A stretch of DNA of 64,000 nucleotides from Octopus sinensis (GCF_006345805.1 NC_043018.1:2418001-2482000), one strand, 5' to 3'. Shown: positions 12,391 through 24,160, numbered from the stretch's first letter. Numbers and translations are program-made. Notes: generated by a model not told the origin, from the letters alone.

Positions 12391-13104
12391 TAAGAGATTG
12401 GTATATACACCATCAAGTTCAAACAACTAACAACTCCACATACCCATAGACAAAATTATATCTAACAGCACACACACATATACACACACATTCCATCCTT
12501 CTAATACTAGACACCAAACCCATTAAGTTTCATTTATATCTATACACATATTGATCGGTGTCTCGCGAGACCCCATCAAAATGACATTCACTGATGGATT
12601 TTAACTCTTCATCTTACCGCTGTGCCATTTCCCTGCTTTTTCAGTTGTCATTTCTTAACATTTCCCGTTTACAATTGAAATAATTATTCACTACACACCT
12701 TATCTCTCTCGCTCTCTCTGTGTGTGTCTCTCTCTCTCTCTGTTTCTCTGTCTCTCTCTCTCTCTCTCTCGCTGTTTCTCACTAACTTACTGTATTTTCA
12801 TTTGTGATAAGAGACTAATTCCTGAAACGCTAAACACTAAATGTTACATTTTCAACTTTAAATAAATATCAAATTCTGGTCCTTAATGCATGCATACATA
12901 CATACGTATATATATATATATATATATATATAGATATATATATATATATATATATATACATACATAGTAATCAGCTTCCCCATGTTGGTTCAGACATGCA
13001 CAGACTAGTTTCAGGGTACTTGCCCTTTATCAATGTGGATATGTCGAACACCCATGCGACGCTGTCAACAGTCTGTTCGAAGGTTTATATATATTCAGCA
13101 GAAC

Positions 13105-13135
<31 letters not shown>

Positions 13136-14157
13136 CATATATATATCATATACATATACATATATATATATATATATAGATATACATACATATGTATATA
13201 TAGACATATATATATAGATATACATGCAGTCACGCGCGTGTGCACGAACACACATGGTCTCACTCCTACGCACACACGCACACATATGGATGTGCATATG
13301 TGTATGTGTATATGTATATGTGTGTGGGTGTGTGCGTGTGTATTCGTAGATTTACATCCACACATATAGAATCTACTCAAAAGAGAAACTCTTATCTGAA
13401 AGTAACGAGATTTTGAGGTGATATATACATGTGTGTATACATGTGTGTATACATGTGTGTGCGCACGCGAGTGTTTGTCTCTGAGTATTCGTACATATAC
13501 ACCCACACATATAGAATCTGCTAAAAGTGAAATTCTTATCTGAATATAACGAGATTTTGAGATGATGTGACTTAATGACGTTGGTTAGTTTTCGAATTTA
13601 TTTTACAACATTTTGAATAATCTCAGTAGAATGTAATAAGAGTAAAACTCTTTTAAACGATCACTTCAATGTCGCTCTAACGTACGATTAGTCTCGGCAA
13701 TATATATATATATAATACACGCACTAATACATTCACATACATCTATACATATATTTGCGTTCATGTGTGTTATGTTTGTATTTGTTAGTGTCTGAATCAT
13801 ATAGTTCGTACCTTAATGTAAGCTCGTATGTTGTGAAGATTGAGAGATGGTGTTTCTTTTCTGAAGAACTCAAGAGACGAAGGCCATCTTTTAAATTTGG
13901 TAAGGCGATGTAAATAGATTTTTTCTTTTTACTTACCACTTGTATTATTTATTTTTTATGAATTTTATAGTCAGGATCTGGGATGGGAAAGTAGCAACGA
14001 GGAAACGATGAGAAAAGGTAATGCGTGCAAATACTTACGCACATATATACATATAAACGCATACATATATAAAGAGTCAATATAAATATAATATATATAT
14101 AATATATATATATATAATATATATACATATATATACTATATATATATATATTATATA

Positions 14158-14199
<42 letters not shown>

Positions 14200-14210
14200 T
14201 ATATATATAC

Positions 14211-14624
14211 GCGTAGGAGTGGCTGTGTGGTAAGTATCTTGTTACCAACCACATGGTTCCGGGTTCAGTCCCACTGCGTGGCAGCTTCGGCAAGTGTCTT
14301 CAAATATAGCCTTGGGCCGACCAAAGCCTTGTGAGTGGATTTGGTAGACGGAAACTGAAAGAAGCCTGTCGTATATATGTTTATATATATATGTATGTGT
14401 GTGTGTTTGTGTGTCTGTGTTTGTTCGCCTAGCATTGCTTGACAACCGATGCTGGTGTGTTTACGTCCCCGTCACTTAGCGGTTCGGCAAAAAGAGACCG
14501 ATAGAATAAGTACTGGGCTTACAAAAAGAATAAGTTCCGGGGTCGAGTTGCTCGACTAAAGGCGGTGCTCCAGCATGGCCACAGTCAAATGACTGAAACA
14601 AGTAAAAGAGTAAAGAGTTAAGAG

Positions 14625-14626
<2 letters not shown>
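14211..14626 (+). mobile_element. Family A SINE, full length (tRNA-related head, CORE-like block, internal microsatellite, (AAAAGAGT)n tail)
   Basis: GGAGTGGCTGTGTGGTAAG..GGTTCAGTCCC head; cttcggcaagtgtctt resembles the CORE-SINE block ccttgggcaagt; internal TA/TG tract; tail gactgaaacaagtaaaagagt. About ten related copies in the window. May correspond to a described octopus SINE family (OK/OR1/OR2); not verified. Confidence 0.9.
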
Positions 14627-14649
<23 letters not shown>

Positions 14650-14662
<13 letters not shown>

Positions 14663-15030
14663 ATAAACGGCAGTTTGTCTGTGCGTTTTCTGTGTGTCTG
14701 TTTTCTCGTACCCTCACTCTGACCACGGCTTTCAACCGATTCTGATGAAACTTGACACACACATAGCCCAATGTCATTCAAACTAACGCAGCGAAAATTT
14801 AGAAAAGTTCCCCCAGTTCTGAAAAAAATCGATAAATTCGACATGGGGTCGAGAATCAGAAACCCAACCACAGACCGTCTAGGGGACGCAACTCCACCTT
14901 TTTTAACTCTCAAAAAAAATTTACCATCATTTTTTTTCCATTTTTTTGCTATTTTTTGGCTATAACTCTCTAAAAATGCTTTATAGTTATTTCCCTTACA
15001 AACCTGAGCAACGCCGGGCGATACTGCTAG
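14650..15030 (+). mobile_element. Non-autonomous Helitron (copy 1)
   Basis: 3' end GAGCAACGCCGGGCGATACTG-CTAG|T (GC hairpin plus CTAG before T). The 3' ~70 bp are shared with 24839-25353 and 28371-28769; the 5' end is obscured by (TA)n. Confidence 0.8.
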
Positions 15031-15049
15031 TATATATATATATGTACAG

Positions 15050-15256
15050 TTAATCAAAACAAGAAAGCACAAAAAAACACAACAACGCGAGGACGTGGAA
15101 CAAATATAGTATTATTGGACGCTCAGGAAAGAAGGAAAGAAGGAGGGTTTAACGTTTCGAGCGGAGCTCTTCGTCGGAAACATAGGAGAAGGAAAGATCC
15201 AGAGAAGGGACGACAGAGGAAAAGAAATCGCCAACGGTACACAAGCGGTCACATTT

Positions 15257-15258
<2 letters not shown>
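15050..15258 (-). mobile_element. Penelope-derived short element with hammerhead-like core
   Basis: Minus strand ~15143-15180: gttt-CCGACGA-agagctccgctc-GAAA-cgtt-aaac. Stem II gagc/gctc, palindromic AACGTT, stem I gttt/aaac. Sits in (TA)n. Confidence 0.55.
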
Positions 15259-15287
<29 letters not shown>

Positions 15288-16920
15288 CGAGACGGTGCCC
15301 AATAGTAATCCGAAACATTGTTTGTAGCACAAGCTTTTTGTAGTTCGCGCTTTTGCCCCTAGAGTCCACTTGATACAACTCTCAGGAATCAGTCTGCCGG
15401 TCGGCATCGTCTGGTGGAGTTGTACTGTCACGTGACGCGTCTTAATTTTGCAGTGCTTCTCCCGTGTTCGTGAATTTTTGCGATTGCTGAAACGAAGGAA
15501 CGACCTGCTTCTATGAAGTCCTGTTTTCTCCTGGAAAAACTGCGATCGAAACAGTTGTCATACTTCAAACAGTTTACAAGCTCGCTGTCTTGAGCGACAC
15601 AGAACTTTACAAGTGATTTTCATAATTTAGGAACGGTCATTTTTCACTTCAAGACTCTCCTAGTACATGTGACTGTCAACCCCCGAACGAATGAAAACAT
15701 CACGAACATTCGAGAACTGATCTTCGAGGACCATCGCCAACCAATTGACGAACTTGTTCATATGACTAGTGTGTTCTGGAGGTCCCGCCAACGATTTTTG
15801 AGCGAGGGATTGCGAGTGAAGATCAGGAGCAATCACCAATGAATGCATGTCGTGAACTGAAAGAACAGCTGGAAGGGGATTCGAACATTTTTTCAAAGGT
15901 CAAAAGGTTAAAAGGCCATCACTGGTGACGAAAGCTGCTGCTACGGCTATGATCCGGAAACGAAACAGCAATAAAGTCAATAGAAGCATTCAATGTCACT
16001 ACGGCCCACAAAAGGGCGTCAAGTGAAGTTCAATATGAAGACGATGCTGATTTGTTTTATCGATGAGGATGGAATCGTCCACACGAAATTTGTTCTCCTT
16101 GGTCAAACTGTTAACCAGAAATTTTTCTTTGCAGTCCTGAAAAGTTTGCGAGACGCGTTGAGATGAAAACGCGACGACCCGTGGCAAAGTGGAGAGTGGT
16201 GAAGGCGGTTAGCACGCCGGGCGAAAGGCTTAGCAGTATTTTGGCTGCCGCTATGAGTTCAAATTCCGCCGAGGTCGACTTCGTCTTTCATCCTTTCGGG
16301 GTCAATCAAATAAGTACTAGTTACGCACTGGGGTCGATACAATCGACTTAATCCGTTTGTCTGTCCTTGTTTGTCCCCTCTGTGTGTAGCCCCTTGTGGG
16401 TAGTAAAGAAATAGGTATTTCGTCTGTTTTTACTTCCTGAGTTCAAATTCCCTTGAGGTCAACTTTGTCTTTCATCCTTTCGAGGTCGATAAATTAAGTA
16501 CCAGTAGCGTACTGGGGTTGATCTAATCGACTGGTTCCCTCCCTCCAAATTTCATACCTTGCGCCTAGAGTAGAAAAGTGGAGAGTTGTTGGTTTGACCA
16601 CCGCCTTTGGTGTAAGGCACTTTTTGATCAACAATGTCATGATACCGCCCACCCACCCTCGTTATATTCACCTGATCTCACTCCCTACAGCCTTTGTTTT
16701 TTTGTTTTCCCGAATGAAAATGTCCTTGAAGTAAAACGTTTTGCAGGAGAGGTGAAGAAAAACGATGGAAGCGTTAAAAGCCATAACTTTGCGAGAGTTA
16801 GGATTGCTTCGAAATGTGGAAAACGCGTCTGGACCGATGCATTGCTTCAAATGGAAATTATTCTGAAGGCAATAAAAAAGTAAACATGAAATGCCCAGTG
16901 AATAAAATAATATTGCAAAA
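15288..16920 (+). mobile_element. Decayed mariner transposon, interrupted by a SINE
   Basis: TA|CGAGACGGTGCCCAATAGTAATCCG left end. Transposase fragments ITGDESCCYGYDPETKQQ, KTMLICFIDEDGIVHTKFVLLGQTVNQKFF, YSPDLTP and WKTRLDRCIASNGNYSEG. Stops and frameshifts; no right TIR found. Confidence 0.9.
16198..16574 (+). mobile_element. Dimeric family B SINE inside the mariner, with 12-bp TSD
   Basis: AAAGTGGAGAGT at 16186-16197 and 16575-16586. Two tandem modules, each gagttcaaattcc..gaggtc(g/a)act..tttcatcctttcg.ggtc.at.aa.taagtac. Confidence 0.88.
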
Positions 16921-17750
16921 CCCGTTTAGCTCGAATCCCCCGGTGTTCGACGCGTTCGGATACGCTCTTTTGGTGGCTGTTGGTGTAATTTTAGTGAAAG
17001 ACTACAATACAGCTACAGCAGTTCCCTGTGTTGGTAACTGCACTGGTGATTCGGGATGCTGGTGGATGTCGGTAGCTCAGCTGTGAGAGACTGTCTATGA
17101 AGCATCAGTATCAGTATTCATTACGTAGGAACTACCAAATATGAACCCGTCGGGTGGCAACTAACGTTATGCGGCCATCATATGTGCGTCGTAGTTCACC
17201 TAATTCTATGATGGTATTTGTTTGTTTTCAGCATCCAGAATTTGGAAGCTAACCAACAGTGGTCACCTCTGGTGGCAACAATAAATTAGTTTATTTTCTT
17301 AATACAACATCGAATACAAATAAATATAAGACGCGTAAGTAAAGGGTAACATAATTTTACCCCACCCCACAACTTCGTATTGTCCAATACACCTACGTTA
17401 TTATGTGTCATCATTACGTAATCGGCATTGTCACATATGTCATATTTAATACGAAACAGCTGTAACCTCTATTGTCTCATTCTCTTTTTTTTATAAATTT
17501 TCATTCAATGCCAATTAATTCAGTAACAATTAAATCTACTTGTGTTTATAAGCAGTTTTTACTTCCATACCTGGTCAATCGTTCGAACTTCGAACACTTG
17601 AGCCACCCGGCATGGATAGGGTTGGAATTTAATATATTATTTATCTAGAGTGATTCTTCGTGAGTATCTTTAGCAAGCACTTTTGCCTTCCTGTTCTCCA
17701 GCTCTCTCATTATCTTTGTCCCCCTCTGTGCATACATACACACATACACT

Positions 17751-17785
<35 letters not shown>

Positions 17786-17945
17786 TATATATATATGTGT
17801 GTATATATATATATATACATATATATATGTGTGTGTGTGTATATATATATGTATATATATATGTATATATATATAGATATCGATATAGATAGATAGATAT
17901 AAACATGCGTATATATGCATCAATTTATCGAGACGCACAGGCATG

Positions 17946-18008
<63 letters not shown>

Positions 18009-18789
18009 GTGCATATATATGTGTGTGTGTATGTATGTGTATAGTCGGGCAAATATATACATGTATGCTTGTCGTAGAATGTTTTGCCGTACACATTATA
18101 CGTATAAAGTCACACTGACAGAACGGCGACGACCACGGACAACGCAATAAATCAATATTATCAATCTGTAAAAGGTGTTAAATGAATCAGTGGAAGAGGT
18201 TGTATAAAATCACATTTTTGACACTAATTTGATTCCTGATTAATCTATGTTTGACACTGTTTCGCTCGCCTCTGTTTATACATAAGACGCATGGGCTTAC
18301 GACACGTGCGCTGTGTTTATTACGCTTCAGCTTACAATTCTCCCTTCCAATCTTTTCCTCCACTTTTTTCTCTTTCTCTCTCAATCTCTCTCTCTAATTC
18401 TTTCATTCTCTCCTTCACTTACTTTCCTTCTTTGTCTTTATGACTTCTTTTCTGCAACAGTATCTCAATTTTTGTTTCATTCCATATTTTTCTATTTATT
18501 TCGTATATAATGTCCTCACTCTGCCACCTGTATATATCCATCCATCCATCTCTCTCTCTCTCTCCTTCTCTCATTCTCGTTCTCTTTCATTCTCCCTCTC
18601 TCTCTCTCCCTTTACCTTGCCGTCACCCGCTCTCTCTCTTTCTCTCTGTCTGTGAACACTTGTAACTCACATTTTCATTGTGCCTCTTTCTATTTTCCTT
18701 TTTATGTCTGTGTCTTTCACTTTCTTTTATCTCCATGTCTTTTAACAGTTCTATTTATCGTCACAGGTTCAGCAATTGTACTTGGCTGG

Positions 18790-18920
18790 TAACATATTTT
18801 ATCGACTGGATGAAATATTTAAAGGATGAAAGCCAAAGATGACCTCAGCAGGATTTGAACCCTGAACGTAATGAACCGAAAGATATGTCGCCAAGCATTT
18901 TGTCCAAAATCCTAATGATA
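18790..18920 (-). mobile_element. Old family B SINE, split by a younger copy
   Basis: ttttatcgactggatgaaa..ggatgaaagccaaagatgacctcagcaggatttgaac matches family B; resumes after 19177. Confidence 0.65.
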
Positions 18921-18921
18921 C

Positions 18922-19157
18922 CTATTTCTTTACTACCCACAAGGGGCTAAACATAGAGGGGACAAACAAGGACAGACATAGGCATTAAGTCGATTACATC
19001 GACCCCAGTACGTAACTAGTACTTAATTTATCGACCCCGAAAGGATGAAAGGCAAAGTCGACCTCGGCGGAATTTGAACTCACAACGTAACGGCAGACGA
19101 AATACGGCAACGCATTTCGCCCGGCGTGCTAAAGTTTCTGCCAGCTCGCCGCCTTAA
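18922..19157 (-). mobile_element. Young full-length family B SINE with 19-20 bp TSD
   Basis: TCCAAAATCCTAATGATAC at 18903-18921 and 19158-19176. Minus-strand head GGCGGCGAGCTGGCAGAAAC..GAGTTCAAATTCC and central GAGGTCGACTTTGCCTTTCATCCTTTCGGGGTCGATAAATTAAGTAC block. Confidence 0.92.
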
Positions 19158-19264
19158 TCCAAAATCCTAATGATACCGCCATCACGTCGCCTTCTGTGTC
19201 ATTTAATATAATTCTGTAAGAATACAGGGTGGTTTATAGGTATGACTACAACTAAAAAATATGG

Positions 19265-19720
19265 CTGGTATAATTCTTTCTACTATAAGCACAAGGCGTG
19301 ACATTTTGGCGGAGAGGACTAGTCGATACCATCGGCCCCACTGTACAACTGGTACTTATTTCATCGATTCTGAAAGGGTGAAAGGTAAAATTGACTTTAT
19401 CGGAACCTGAAACATGGAACATAAGGACGGACGACAAGCAACTAAGCATCTTGTCCGGTGCGCTAACGATTCCGCCTTTTATGACATCTAATATATTTCT
19501 GATCACCAAGGTGTGGAGCTGGAATAATCGTTAGGACACCAGGCAAAAATTTTTATGCGGTGTTTCGTCCGTCTTTATGTTCTGAGTTCAAATTCCGCCG
19601 ACGTAGAATTTTATTTTCATTTTTTCAGGGTTATTAAAAAAGGTACCAGGTAAACACCGAGGTCGATTTAATCCCGAAATTGCTGGCTTTGTGTCAAATT
19701 TAAAACCGATGTTATTTTAT
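19265..19720. mobile_element. Two degenerate family B SINEs in opposite orientation
   Basis: Minus copy ~19265-19480 and plus copy ~19510-19715; both retain the central family B block. Confidence 0.65.
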
Positions 19721-20239
19721 TCACTTATATAGTCGTTTATAGGAGTATTATACCGATTCCAGTAAAATCATGTTCAGTATAATCAGACGCGAAGTTAATC
19801 TCGGTGAGATATGAAATGAGAATATAAAATCCTGTAGCTTCATTTCAGGGAAATTCTTCAGGCGTTCCTAACGCCCTGCCAATCCACTCCGAACATGTTT
19901 TCACCTTTTACGTTTCATTTCTTTTCATGTTACCACCATCCATCAGTCTGCATCTTCTCTCACCTCAATTGCCTCTGTCTTTTTCTTTCTCTTGCTTTCA
20001 TTGTGTCTCTCAGGCATCTCTCTGTCTATCTGAATCTCCTCTTCATTTTATCATTTTGCGTTTTCCTGTAACTACACTCAACCTTATTATAACAAATCTC
20101 AGAATAAATATCTTCACCAAATGTGTAAACACAAATCTACCTCTGCTAACGATTTAGTTTTCCTGATCTGCTAGACATAGTAGCCAATGCATCACTCTTC
20201 CTAACTTACACTGAAACGAATTAAAAGGGCTCATTAGAC

Positions 20240-20477
20240 TAGTTGTTCTCAATCATGATCTCACTAGGGATCCGTTTGATTCCTTTCTTATTCAAATTGA
20301 CATTCATAGTAATTTCATGTTTAAAAATCCTTTGAAACCTTTATAATTAAATATAGTTTAAAATTGTTAAAACATTTTGTGCATTGTTGAAGTATAAGCA
20401 ATATTTTGCACATTTATTTTAACAGCAAAATTATATACGGACCCCCAAAGGTCGTCGACCCTGGTTAAGAACAACTG
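20240..20477. mobile_element. hAT (Charlie-like) MITE
   Basis: Ends TAGTTGTTCTCAA ... TTAAGAACAACTG. Flanking 8-mers CATTAGAC (20232-20239) and CATTAGAA (20478-20485). Confidence 0.75.
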
Positions 20478-20584
20478 CATTAGAAGATTATGTCTGTGAA
20501 TAACATTACAAAACGAAATGTGGTTGGAACGCCATCGCTCATGGGTCTCCATAACTGATCTGACACGACACAACAGGAAAGGCA

Positions 20585-20774
20585 GTAGCGTCACGTTCGA
20601 CGTGGCGTCACGTTCGACGTATCGTCACGTTTGATGTAGCGTCACGTTCGCCGTAGTGTCACGTTCGACGTAGCGACACGTTCGACTTAGCCTCACGTTT
20701 GACGTAACGTCAAGTTCGACGTAGCGTCACGTTTGACATAGCGACACGTTTGACGTAGCGTCACGTTCGACGTA
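20585..20774. repeat. 17-bp CpG-rich minisatellite, 11 copies (GTAGCGTCACGTTCGAC)
   Basis: Units counted by hand at a 17-bp period from 20585. Confidence 0.95.
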
Positions 20775-21059
20775 ATGCATACCACTACCTTTACCTGCAA
20801 TTGCTGTACCGGCACCGACAAGGTCAACAACGCCATGAATACCGCCGTTACCACGACTAACATGACAAGCAGCAAAGCGCAGCCATTAAATAAATAGCTA
20901 TAATTTGTAACCCTACCATCATAAACACAACTACCATTATCACTGTAATTAAACCACACCTCAGTCCTACTATCACTCTCACAGTGACCATCGGCACCAT
21001 CACCACCAACATCACCGCCACTAAGACAATATGACACCCAAAAACCATCGCAACCTCCA

Positions 21060-21270
21060 ATATTGGTTTCAAACTTGCGTACGACGCTAGCAATTTCTGG
21101 GAATGGCGTAAGCTGATTACACCAACCTCAGTGTTAAGTTGGTATTCTTTCATCGATCCCGAAAAGATGACAGGAAAAAGCGACCTCGACGGAATTGAAA
21201 CAGAACGTAAAGACGGACGAAATGCCTATAAGCGTTTTGTCCGGCGTGTTAACGTTTCCGTCAGGTCACC
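21060..21270 (-). mobile_element. Degenerate family B SINE
   Basis: ttggtattctttcatcgatcccgaaaagatgacaggaaaaagcgacctcgacggaattgaa is the reverse of the family B core. Confidence 0.7.
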
Positions 21271-21299
21271 CTCTAGAAAAGACGTAACTAAATGGTATC

Positions 21300-21870
21300 G
21301 GGCAGCTAAGCCAGCAATCCACTTTACCATTTTCTCCGCCACAACCAAAATGGCTGCCTTGTCAGCACCACGAGAGCTACCTTGGGACATACAACTGTCA
21401 TCGATACCACTTACACTACCAATGCCACTAGTAACACCACTGACTCCATTACGTGCTCCAATGTAGCTACGACACCAAAAGTATTTACACGACTAATACT
21501 ACCACTCGCACCACATTACCAGAATTACTGCCATTACCACAAGTGTTACCATTACCACCACCACTACAGACAATACTATACTTGCCAACAACCACACAAC
21601 GAAAAGTGCAACGAATTACTCAACTCCAACCACTACCACCACCACTTTCACGATCTCCGACAAAGGTGCCCTCAGGCAACCCTCCAACTCTACAAACACT
21701 TACCAGCACAACCTACGCAACAACAATTATCGTCCAACGTAACTAAGCAAGAAACACAATCATTATCACCAACACCAACACCAACACCAAAACCATCATC
21801 AGCACGACGACTACGACGACGACGGCTGCCTCCACCCAAACACACGTATCACAACTATTCAACCGGTCGT
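21300..21870. repeat. Decayed (ACC/ACT/ACA)n low-complexity tract
   Basis: C/A-rich degenerate triplets; explains the H/T/P-rich ORFs 21382-21873 and 21453-21746. Confidence 0.75.
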
Positions 21871-22312
21871 TAAGCAATTTAAACAGTGTTAAAGATTTAA
21901 TCCCATCGTTAATATTACATTAACGTTTGATTTATCTATTTTCTCAATACTGCATATTTCCACACCTATATAGATACATCTCTCTCTCTCTCTCTTTTCC
22001 TTAATCTCATTCTCACTCATGCACACACATACACACACACATATAAAATACCCTATCGATGTCATAAATTCCCATTTCTCTCTCACCTTATCCCTTCCAC
22101 TCCGTATATTCCTAAGTGATTTAGTCTCTGGTTATTCCTTATTGTCACCTCTATATATAAACGACTTCCATACTCTTCTCTTTCTCCCCCTCTCTCTCTC
22201 TCTCTGTCTCTCGCCTTCTCAACCATGACCAACGCCAACAATTTCAGTACCGGTGTCCAGAGGCCCGGCAAACAATTCACCTGTGCCTCTCCGATCTCTC
22301 AATCCTCTACAG

Positions 22313-22720
22313 GTAAGGCTGTGTGATAAAGAAGTTCAGTTTCATTCCTAGTGAATGATTCAATTTCCACGTGCTTTCTTCAGTGACCTTGGACTGACCA
22401 ATGTCTTGTGCGTGAATTTAGCAGATGGAAACCGACTGGAATTTTGTCTATATCTATATATGTAAGCATAATTGTGTATACGTGTGTGCGTCTTAATGTT
22501 TGTGTTTGTCCCCTACGTTGACAACAGTGTTTTGACAATTAGTATCTTGACAACTGAGTTGGTTTGTTTATGTCCCTGTAACGCGATAAAGACAGGTAGA
22601 ATAATACAAAATAAGTATTGAGGTCAATTTCTCTTTCGGAAATACTCAAGGTGGTGGTGCTCCAGCATGGCATACTCCAACAAATTACGAATGAATAACA
22701 AAGAAAGTAAAAAAGAAAGA
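22313..22720 (+). mobile_element. Degenerate family A SINE
   Basis: ggctgtgtgataaagaag head, gtgtttgtcccc, aggtcaatt..aaggtggtggtgctccagcatggc 3' block. Confidence 0.7.
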
Positions 22721-23204
22721 TATCTGTTTCAATATCACTACTTGACTATCGTCTGTCTGTCTTGTACATTTCTGTCGTCCTTTACATCATTCGTGTCCTA
22801 TATTTCTGCAATTTGTAGATTGCAAATCAGGTGAGACATTTTGGTTGTACTTTTAATTATTTCTTATGGGTATTGGTAGTTTGAATGGCAGCTTTTTGAT
22901 GTTTTAATTGCTAAGTCGTATTGGGTCATGGTTACTTTTTTTCAAAAGTTGTCAAAGAATTGCAGAAAAAAAAAACTTCATGTTATTTATGCTCTTTATG
23001 GAACTTTGTTATCACAAATCTGAATTGGAGCTCCCCCTGTGGGATGAAGTTAAAATAATAGACAGAGAACACCACTGAAAAATACAAAAGGAGCACATAT
23101 GCTAGGACGCAACAACCTCCTAAGCAGACCGAGTGCAGATATGAATAGCATATGAGAGCAGGGTAGGAAAATATTGGATTTATAAAGCCTAAAGTTCACT
23201 CCAT

Positions 23205-23291
23205 AATTGCCCACAGGCATAGTGGTTAAGAGCACAGGCTAGTAACCCCAAGATACCGAGTTCGATACCATGCAGTGACCTGAATAATAAT
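23205..23291 (+). mobile_element. Short tRNA-derived SINE (family E) with (AAT)n tail
   Basis: GGCATAGTGGTTAAGAGCACAGGCTAGTAACCCCAAGATACCGAGTTCGATACC: A box, anticodon-arm-like segment and B box, then gtgacctgaataataat. Confidence 0.65.
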
Positions 23292-23943
23292 CCGACAAAT
23301 GTAAACAATATACGTAATTCCTCATCTATTAAATATAGATGTGTTCCACACCTATATTCTTATATTTCGCTATATACCCCTATCTTTGTCATATCTCTAC
23401 CCCTATCTCTGTCATATCTCTAGGTTTTATATCACTTTGAAATAATTTGTGATATGGCTGAGTATTCCGCATGTAAATGTCCTTAGTGTAAATGTCAAAC
23501 AGAATCAACATGGCATATTGTGAGATGATCGGAACCAGAGTAACAAGAAGAATTCGTCCGACTGGTTGCTATACATTTTCTGTCTACCCAAATTCCCAGA
23601 TATGCATTTGGTCCACTCGTGGTTACAGTACAACGTATAAAATTACTTGGACACAATGTCATACGACGGGATCGAACACAGAAACGATTGTTTTTAAAGT
23701 GAATGTTGTACCCGCTTTGCACGAATGCGTCAATACAGAAGGTTTCTGAATAGTGTTTGTGAACGAAAAGCCATTCACAAAGCATCAATCGAACTGAATC
23801 AATGAGAAAAGACATTATTCTAAGGTACTGCGCAATGAGATTGAACCCGGAATCACGGGGTTGACATGCGAACATCTTAACCGCACACCTGTATAAGCAA
23901 CATCTATCATTAATTATACCGTATGTCATTCGCTGTGTTTCAC

Positions 23944-24110
23944 CATAGGCGCAAAAGTGGCTGTGTGGCAGGAAGCTTGCCTCCCAACCACATGACTCCG
24001 GGTTCAGTCCCACTGCATGGAACCATTTACAAGTTTCTTCTACCATAACTTCGGGCCGATGAAAGCCTTGTGAGTGGATTTGGTAGAAGGAAACTGAAAG
24101 AAGTCTGCCC

Positions 24111-24160
<50 letters not shown>

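Noticed and set aside
17260-17280. CTCF-like motif (GCCACCAGAGGTGAC on the minus strand)
   Set aside because: Two mismatches at strongly conserved core positions; a single weak match is expected by chance.
21382-21873. 163-aa His/Thr/Pro-rich ORF
   Set aside because: Lies entirely in decayed ACC/ACT triplet repeats; no splice or domain support.
22225-22318. Apparent first exon MTNANNFSTGVQRPG.. with CAG|gtaagg donor
   Set aside because: The donor coincides with the head of a degenerate SINE and all three frames are open, so there is no discriminating evidence.
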